Source: Sporopachydermia quercuum | Taxonomy: Eukaryota | DNA: 64,000 nucleotides | Direction: 5' to 3' | Assembly (NCBI GenBank): GCA_001599295.1 | Contig: BCGN01000004.1 | Span: 1,120,138-1,184,137, forward strand | In this document: in pieces, positions 56,368 through 64,000 of the stretch | Layout of the letters: every line of letters begins with the position of its first letter | How positions within the stretch are numbered: position 1 is the first letter of the stretch | The notes under the pieces: model-generated | The model's database searches: none | Seen by the model: the letters and a program-made list of their open reading frames with translations, nothing else | What the model was told of the DNA's origin: nothing | Program-made: the position numbers and the translations under genes

Positions 56368-57912
56368 CTATTTTGATGTTTCTTCAACTGATGCTACGCT
56401 TGATGGAAACGACTCTTCATCGGATGATGGTGAATGCCACTCATCAAAAACGGAAGAAACAGTAGTGGATGACAATGAAGGACTATTCAGATTAGATTGC
56501 TGATCTGGAATAACCAATACAGGTCTTGATCTGGAATTAATGAGATTAGTAGATGTAGGAACTGGGTTGAAAATTGTTTGAGTTGTTGATAGACTTCGGT
56601 CTAATACGCTACCATTAACCTGGCTCGGTGATGCCGGCGCAATGAAGGATGCAGATGAGGATGAGGAAGTCGATCTTGCGTTATTCAACGGAAGAAGTTC
56701 AAACTCATTCTCCATTAAATCATCGTCATCAAAATATAATGACTCTTCATCGGCCACATGCTGACTTAAATCCACAGATTTTCTGTACTTGTAAGAATTG
56801 ACTAGCGATGCAGTACTGCCATTGTTTGCTATGCCGTTTGCTTGCTGTAATGCGACCGTTGGCACAGTTGAGAATGTGTAATACTGCACTGTGTCGTAAG
56901 ACCATCGGCAAAACTTGTCCATTTGCACAATTGGTAATTTATAGTAATACTTTGCATAGTTGAAAACAGTGTACGACAAAACAGCTCCGCCAATTAAATC
57001 AATGAAGTAATGATGCGTCAAATACATTGTACTCCACCAAATCCATAACTCGTATGCATAGAACAAAACAGAGAATCTTGGGAAAAGGTAAGAAAGGTAT
57101 AAAACTTCCATTGTTGCACAACCTGAATGCAGAGAAGGAAATGCTCCAAAGACCATCGGTGAGGCTCCGAAGGTACTTGAATACATATTCACACCAATAA
57201 TTTGATCGATTCTTGCTAATCCGCCAGGAGACCCAGGCATAGAGTAATTGGCGGGCTCCAAACCATGAGAATTCTTATACCATGGAGGAGCAGAAGGACA
57301 GAGGATTTGAATTGTCACGCCAAAAAAATTCATAAATCCGAAAGCGAATGCATAATTTCTTAAGGTTGTTGGAGGCGCAAACAAAAAAATCACAAGAGCA
57401 ACAACAACTGGGGCAGAAAAGTGAATTATTCCATATGGTAACCAAGCTAAAATATCAAGCAACGGCATTTGAAGAGATGACAAAACATCGCTCAAATTAC
57501 TGCCATAAAGAATGGTCTCTAAAGCAGGTAAAACACGTACTGAGATTGGGGGTCTCCAAGTACCAGGAATAAAGGAGCAGGAATAGAATAAAATTGCCCA
57601 GGTTATGATGGGCAAAGCACCGAAGAAAAATTGTGATGTGATAGGTAGTAAAAATGCTGTCGTTAGCAAAGCTGCCAGAAGAAAACGGAAAATGAAAGGG
57701 GGATTATCCACAATGATGAATGAGAGCAATAACGACAAGCCCATTATGACGTATTGCAGATCCATAAGTTCCCACTCATGGGTCTTCAATCTCTTAATAG
57801 TTACAGAAACATCAAAAGATAGTTCTAAGTCACCAATTGTGGCGCCTGGTGGTCGATCAGCTAGAAATATTTTCCGAAACTTCTTTACAACATATCTCTT
57901 GATGGACATCAT
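56368..57912 (-). CDS. AUR1: Inositol phosphorylceramide synthase
   Basis: VLPALETILYG, APPWY, FGAFPSLHSG, TMYLTHHYFIDL; first ATG at 57912. Confidence 0.96.
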   Translation of the reverse strand: MMSIKRYVVKKFRKIFLADRPPGATIGDLELSFDVSVTIKRLKTHEWELMDLQYVIMGLSLLLSFIIVDNPPFIFRFLLAALLTTAFLLPITSQFFFGALPIITWAILFYSCSFIPGTWRPPISVRVLPALETILYGSNLSDVLSSLQMPLLDILAWLPYGIIHFSAPVVVALVIFLFAPPTTLRNYAFAFGFMNFFGVTIQILCPSAPPWYKNSHGLEPANYSMPGSPGGLARIDQIIGVNMYSSTFGASPMVFGAFPSLHSGCATMEVLYLSYLFPRFSVLFYAYELWIWWSTMYLTHHYFIDLIGGAVLSYTVFNYAKYYYKLPIVQMDKFCRWSYDTVQYYTFSTVPTVALQQANGIANNGSTASLVNSYKYRKSVDLSQHVADEESLYFDDDDLMENEFELLPLNNARSTSSSSSASFIAPASPSQVNGSVLDRSLSTTQTIFNPVPTSTNLINSRSRPVLVIPDQQSNLNSPSLSSTTVSSVFDEWHSPSSDEESFPSSVASVEETSK

Positions 57913-58980
57913 TTTCGATTCAAAGTTACGTGGTGTTATAAGTTTGTGTAGAAGTTGCAAAAACGAAGATGTAACGTTTCTTCTAAATTTGCATGATAAT
58001 AATCCTGCACTTTCTATAACTCAACGCCAGGAAAATAACAGAAAAACTTTGTGATTGATTTGAATCGTTGTAATTGGCTTCCTGCCTTACTATGTGTCTT
58101 TGGTGTAAGAATTAGATAAGGCCCTTGTGAAATTCCGTTCACCCTAAGCTTTTTGGCAGCAATCCTAAGCTATAGACGAGATTTTGAAACAGTTAGACTG
58201 GCAACTGACCAGTGAATAGCGTAACGAATGCAGTAAATATTGGAATTAGATGAGCTCACTGGAATATCCCTTTCGCTGGTAGTCGGTACACAAGATAACA
58301 ATTCTATTGAATTCTGTGAGGTATGAGCTTTTTTTAATACTTTTAAGATTGAGACCAATTTCACTCTGTATGTATATCTTGCCTTTTCTTTTCTATTGGG
58401 CAACATGGAGAATGGTATCTGTAGAAATCAAAAGAGAGGAATTAAGTAAGTAAACAGAAACACAAGAGCAGAAAGAAAAATAAAGAGAGTTGAGTTTCTT
58501 TAAGAATTTGTCACGGAATCGTCTGCCGATAGAATCAAATGCAAGTAACGCCGTAAACCTTGACATAATTAGTATGAGGGAAAAGGGACGTTAACTCCAA
58601 ACTAAAGTTACTGATCGCAGTTTACATATTTGACTAGGGCAAAATGTCATTTATCCCTTATAAAATATTTTAAAGTTTTGGTAAACATCTCTTAGGCCTG
58701 TATGACTTGCACTTTAACGAAATTCCATGACATATCTATCACTCACTCAAATACTTGATAAGTTGTTAGTTAAAGTTGTATGAAAGAGTATTGTTGATGT
58801 TCAACTTGAGGGCCTCGACACAATTTTATCTCTTCAGTTGTAAGTTTTAAAGAAGTACGTAAAAGCTAATATTCTAAATTAGAGCTAAATTTATTTGCAA
58901 GACTTCAGCGATATAAGAATCTCCTCACAAGGAACGCAGGTTGAGTTTGCTGAAATTGGTTTGGTGGTGCAAGAAGAATA

Positions 58981-59004
58981 TTTCAATTGTCATGACAATT
59001 GAAA
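58981..59004. repeat. 24-bp perfect palindrome
   Basis: TTTCAATTGTCA|TGACAATTGAAA with no spacer. Confidence 0.9.
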
Positions 59005-60267
59005 ACTTTATGAGAATAAATTCTTAGTACGATATTTAGTTGATACGACTATTCCCAAAACCATGACTACTCATGGTATAAGCATTAGAAGAGAATACGA
59101 GGTATTTTATCTCCGAAGGTTATCAATAGATGCGGTTCTATTGTAATTGAGTATGGAATGTAATCACTGAAGAGTAAGTACAGTGCTAAGTCAATTTATG
59201 TATAGAAGAGTAACAATACTTTTTATAAAAAGAACTTGTAAATAGTAGGAAGCTGTCCCGCGAAACACCCAGCAGAGGGTTAACGCTCGGATCAAATAGT
59301 GAAAAGAGTTCGCACCGGATGGTTCCTCATAATAACTGCACCGTGTACCGTTATCTCATCCTCTTTAGTGAAAGTAATATGGATATTATAAGTAACTTAA
59401 AATCGGACTCTTGATAGTACTGAAAGATATCTATATCAATAAAAACCTGTTATCTTGTAAATATTACTTTTACAATTGCTATTCTTCTTGTCACGCAAGC
59501 ATCTCGAGATTCTCGGTAGGACATGTAGAAGATGTACCAGTAAGCATGTCATATCAGCAATCGCCTTGCTTTTACTCAATTTGTAGTTGGTGTGTTTATA
59601 CTCAAATCGTGGGATTCTTACTTCTTGAAAGCTGTGATTGTTCTTATCTTTACAACTTCTCCTTTCGGGATACTGCTGTTCTTCCAAACTATCTATCCCA
59701 TTGAAGATCATGCCATGTTATATCATTGTACATTAAAATTTCTCCATCGCATTTTTATAATTATTATTACGTCATCGTTAAATAATTTTCTATCATTTAT
59801 TTTATCACGTAATCTGTAAAACGCCACTTCTCACTCAGGCGACTAAGGTATCGTTTCTCATTATCAACTACCTACCTTATATGATATTGAGCTATTTTGT
59901 TGATTATTCTATTTGTTGGCCACATAGATATATATGTATTGTTGATAAAATTGAATACTGACATTGTGCCTGATATAGATCAAAAATTTAGCGTATTAGC
60001 TGATAGTGTTAATATATCAACTGCTACTTCAATTGAGCTCTGACTTTATTTTCTCACTCTGGGCATCGATCAGTAAGGTGGGTTGATGTTGTTAGGATAT
60101 TTACTGTAAATACGTTAGTTGTTGAAGCTATAGTTTCAATTTCTACATCTATTAGAATAGACAAAGATTACACACTCTGTAAATTTGGATCAAACTTTGT
60201 TGTAGTTTGATGAATATTGCTGCGGCCCTGTTAGCATTTGGTCTCTGGATTTAGGAAGTGTAAACCA

Positions 60268-62418
60268 ATGGTTGATGGCATTGTAGATCCTCCGGAAGCT
60301 GTAGATTTAGATGATGTCTTCCGGGAAGAATCGAGGAATGGCTTGATGGATTCGCCTATCGGCCAATCACAAGAAAGCGCCGTTTCAAATGAAGACGCAA
60401 ATGAAGAGCATACTGTTAAAATTCTTGATGAAGCTGAAGAGGATGATGCTGAGGTTGATGTTTATGAGCGAGAAGGATCAGATGCTGAATATATACAGAT
60501 TGAAGAGGGCAATCAGGAGGACGATAATGTTAGTGATGATGGATTAGACGATGGAGATTATCTTGGCGATTTAGAGGTTGTGGAAAGCCGAAAGAATGGA
60601 AATACTGATGAAGTTCCAATTCCTGAGAATAGTCGCCACAGTTCAGATGAAAGTCAAAGCCACCAGGTGAACAGTACTGACAAAGAGCATACAAATAGCT
60701 TAAACAATGATTTACCTGATGCTCAAGAGACGGGTAGTAGGAAAGCTTCAGAAGATAATGAGAACTCGAAAGCTTCTTCCGATGGTACGAAAGATGAGGA
60801 AGAAGAAAAAGAAGAAATGATTCCAGCAAGGAAAAGCGCGATAGAGCAGTTTCATAAAGCGATAAGAGGTATTCATATAAGTAACTCGCTGAAAAAGCAT
60901 TTACCAGCTAAATTGGATGATCTTTATGAAGATCTATCAATTGATCTTGAAAAGGCTGTNTTTTATCATTTTGGAGACCATAAGACATCTGATATCAGCA
61001 GAAGAGTGGGAGCTATTTACAGAGGTAAAGTCATTACCCTTATTAGCATCATAAAGGACCCCAGTAATAATCATTTCAACTATATGCTACTGACCAGGCA
61101 AATATCTCCAGATAAAGCAGTAACGACACCAAAGAATGAGATTTTGCTACTAAATCCTGAAATCGAACAGCTAGAGAAGAAAATCATGGAAGAGTCGTTG
61201 CAGCAGTCTATTTTGAAAGACGAACATCCAGAAGGGGGCCTCAGGATCAAACGAACGCATAAGGGAGAAGAGGTCATTGAAACTGATGACTACAATTATG
61301 GAGTAGATTCTGGAGAAATGTATGGGAGATTACCGAATCGACCATCAGAAGATTCTATGATGAACAAGAAGGTTAGGCGTAGCTCAGAAACTGAAAGAAA
61401 GAGCTCTAGAAATAATTCAAGGAGTAAGTCCCTTCCAGTTGTCAATCTAGATGAAGACTCTGATGATGAATTGTCTGGCGAAAACATCCAAACATTACTT
61501 GATGATAATGATATTGAAACAATAGTATCTAAGGGGTCAAGTTCCATGAAAGCCGCTACACCCAATGTAGAAAACAATATTTCGATTGAAGAAGCTGTTC
61601 AGGCAGTTATGAAAGATCCTGTTAGAAATACTATAGATCCTAACAATATTCCGCGGATTTGGGAAGGTTCAATAAGCATGCCGGGCGTAACAGAATGTCC
61701 AAGTGAAGTGTATCTGCTAAATGATGCGTGGGAATTCTTAGAAATTGACCCCGAAAGAAATCTTTATCGTAACGATCTTTTCCAAGTAGATAAAGATATA
61801 AGAATTGAAGGAAGAGTGGACAAAACGGCAGCTATTGATTATTTAGCTGGCAAACAAGCCAATTCAAGATTAGTGGTTATTCAAATAGCACCCAACTGTG
61901 GATCTGGAGTTACCAAGTGCTATAATGAAAGAAAGATTCGGTCATCATTTCTCTCGTTATTCAGTTACTTTTACGATAGAAACAAGTATGGCATAATTTC
62001 AAGCAAAGGGCCTATTGTCCGTGATGCTTATTTGGTAGCTCTTAAGAAAAAACATAGGTACTTGATACCCAGGGTTTTACGAAATGCTGTTGATAAGGAA
62101 GTCTGGAAAGTAGTGTTTGATCATTGTGAAGAAGTTCTATTGGGTGTTTTCCTTATATCTGATAGCGCTGTGGAAGAGCACCTTAAACGTCTTGAAACTG
62201 AGGCAAAAACTTTACAGCCTGCATCAGCTTACGCATCTAGTTCCATTGAAAAAGCAATCAGAAGTGACAATGAAACAATGCTAAAATTAAAACGATTAGG
62301 ACTTTCCTCAGGCGAGATCAATTCTTTGAAAGAACTGTTTCAAAGCAATCCCCAGTTAATATCACTGGTTGAAAACAATCCAGATTCACTAGTCACAGCG
62401 TTACGAATGACTAAATGA
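60268..62418 (+). CDS. BYE1: Bye1-like RNA polymerase II-binding factor (TFIIS-like and SPOC domains)
   Basis: KRTHKGEE motif; SPOC segments WEGSISM, IEGRVD, YFYDRNKYGII, VRDAYLV; lies between AUR1 and RPL14 like YKL005C. First ATG at 60268. Confidence 0.82.
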   Translation: MVDGIVDPPEAVDLDDVFREESRNGLMDSPIGQSQESAVSNEDANEEHTVKILDEAEEDDAEVDVYEREGSDAEYIQIEEGNQEDDNVSDDGLDDGDYLGDLEVVESRKNGNTDEVPIPENSRHSSDESQSHQVNSTDKEHTNSLNNDLPDAQETGSRKASEDNENSKASSDGTKDEEEEKEEMIPARKSAIEQFHKAIRGIHISNSLKKHLPAKLDDLYEDLSIDLEKAXFYHFGDHKTSDISRRVGAIYRGKVITLISIIKDPSNNHFNYMLLTRQISPDKAVTTPKNEILLLNPEIEQLEKKIMEESLQQSILKDEHPEGGLRIKRTHKGEEVIETDDYNYGVDSGEMYGRLPNRPSEDSMMNKKVRRSSETERKSSRNNSRSKSLPVVNLDEDSDDELSGENIQTLLDDNDIETIVSKGSSSMKAATPNVENNISIEEAVQAVMKDPVRNTIDPNNIPRIWEGSISMPGVTECPSEVYLLNDAWEFLEIDPERNLYRNDLFQVDKDIRIEGRVDKTAAIDYLAGKQANSRLVVIQIAPNCGSGVTKCYNERKIRSSFLSLFSYFYDRNKYGIISSKGPIVRDAYLVALKKKHRYLIPRVLRNAVDKEVWKVVFDHCEEVLLGVFLISDSAVEEHLKRLETEAKTLQPASAYASSSIEKAIRSDNETMLKLKRLGLSSGEINSLKELFQSNPQLISLVENNPDSLVTALRMTK

Positions 62419-62627
62419 TGTGTAGATATAGAAATATATAATGATAGTGTACAATAGTCCTGTAGTAATATTTTGAAACACAATTCTATAGTATATTAAT
62501 CGGACATATAGCTGTAACTGCATTACGTCAGCAACGGTCAACATTGAATAAAAATTGAAAACATGGGCTTATGATACGTTCATTAATTTAAAAACTTTCA
62601 TTTATTAAGGAAGATATTTTGACTAAT

Positions 62628-63468
62628 TTAAGCCTTAGCCAAAGCTTTTTGGACAGAGTATCTCTTCTGCTTCTTCAAAACCAAAACCTTGAATCTGTCA
62701 AAGTCAGTTAATTGACTTCTCTTGGCCTTTTGAGCGATCTTACCAGCCCAGGCAGATTTGTTCCATTTCTCGGTAGCTTCAGCGGCTTCCCACTTCTTAG
62801 CAACGGTGGTGGACTTGGCACCCCTAGGTAAAGCAATGACAATAGGAGTCAAGGTGGAGTTAGCAATGGAAAAAGCTTGACGAGGAACACCGGTAACAGG
62901 ACCGTCAATCAAAACCTGTGAAAATATGTTAGTAAATATATCAATAAAACGCTAGACATGGAACAAATATTTAAAGGGCATTGATCAAAACGTGGGGTAT
63001 TCTAATAAACATTCGATTTTGCTGAATTTATTATTGATATCTTTTGAGCATTGTTCTTCAACTGTTGACTCTTATAGAAGTCAGTTATAGCCGGTGATAA
63101 TCCACTGATAGCACAATGAGAAATAACTACTAAAGCATGCAGAGTCAAATAATTACAGCATTTGTCGATTGTTATGCAAGATTGCTCCTTATACTTGGTT
63201 TTGTCCTTTTCTCAAATTTGATAATTGTTATCGGTCGGTCTACTAGTTGTCGTTGGATAGCATGTCCCTTCGCTNATCAGAATATTTGATAGTGCCCTTA
63301 ATTTTCCATTCTTCCAAATCAATATTCAATACAACTTACTCTCTTGTGGTCGATGATTTCAACGATGGTGGCAAGCTTACCAGCGTAAGCTCCCTTGTTG
63401 ATGAGCACAACACGGCCAACTTCAACATTTCGCCATTTGGAGGCTTTGACAACAGTTTCTGCGGACAT
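62628..63468 (-). CDS. RPL14: 60S ribosomal protein L14; exons 63468-63340, 62915-62628
   Basis: [10 protein letters not shown]...[15 protein letters not shown]...LTDFDRFKV; 424-nt GTAAGT-TACTAAC-CAG intron. Confidence 0.97.
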
Positions 63469-64000
63469 TCTGATATATGTATATGTTGGTTGATTGATTC
63501 GTCTAAGTCGGATGCTTTTATCTCCCTTCGATCACTAAACCGTAAGCACTTCGATATATGCAATATTGGAATATCCGATAGGCAATCTGAGTAGTATCAA
63601 ATAACGGTAGCTAAGGAATCAATCTAAGATACAACTGTCCTGGGCCATAGAGTGAGTCGGTTACTCTGAGTAAGCTTACTGTTGTTCCACACTCACATGG
63701 GACTGGGTCTGAGTTGTTTGGTATGCTTGCCGTAGACAAGAGTGAAAATTATTTGAAGGGTACTTTGTGGTATATCACTGTCCGGTCGCCAATATTCCAT
63801 AGGTTTGTGACAAAACCCTTGCCCTCTTTAATCATGTGATTTTCAAAGGTTGTATTTAAGGGTACTAGATCACGTGATAAGGATATCAATTGCGCAAACA
63901 ATTTTTTACTCTCTTTTTATTGATTGTTCTTGAGTTTCTTCTTCTTCCTTCGCTCTGCAAAGTGCGATCACTTATGTATAAATGTTATTTGGATTCTATA

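Noticed and set aside
59411..59711. Cys-rich 97-aa ORF and the opposite 91-aa ORF as a possible missing PHD exon of BYE1
   Set aside because: No Cys4-His-Cys3 spacing, no recognisable family and no usable splice link.
59848..59978. Possible 5'-UTR intron upstream of BYE1 (TACTGAC...TAG)
   Set aside because: The donor GTATCG is non-consensus and there is no reading frame to validate it.

Overview
Gene-dense eukaryotic DNA from an intron-rich budding yeast (Saccharomycotina) that reads CUG as Leu. It holds about 26 housekeeping genes: AIM1/BOL3, PRT1, SPC72-like, PRE10, GEM1, RCE1, RAD18, SEC12, BUD17, ATG15, DNL4, TSR3, VRL1, SGT2, ARO8, HIR1, CWC24, PEX30, RPL38, MRP17, DID4, MET14, AUR1, BYE1 and RPL14, plus three unassigned ORFs. 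I reconstructed 24 spliceosomal introns by hand, including 11- and 16-nt micro-exons that the ORF track misses. The main find is the ORF-free gap between SGT2 and ARO8 (~40260-41775). It carries a nested set of long-range helices and, in the expected order, a boundary hairpin, a 1.5-repeat template (CACCCGAACACC), a GAAUG-containing Est1-like arm and U-rich/A-rich pseudoknot-like tracts. This is a candidate ~1.5-kb telomerase RNA gene predicting a GGGTGTTC telomere repeat; it is an inference and has no canonical Sm site. Other observations: clustering of genes whose S. cerevisiae orthologs flank centromeres, a candidate 3'-UTR intron behind ARO8, a 24-bp perfect palindrome, end-to-end pairing in the RPL14 intron, a Bye1 lacking its PHD finger and a duplicated Atg15 C-terminal motif. 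Gene names come from recalled motifs and synteny; no database search was run.
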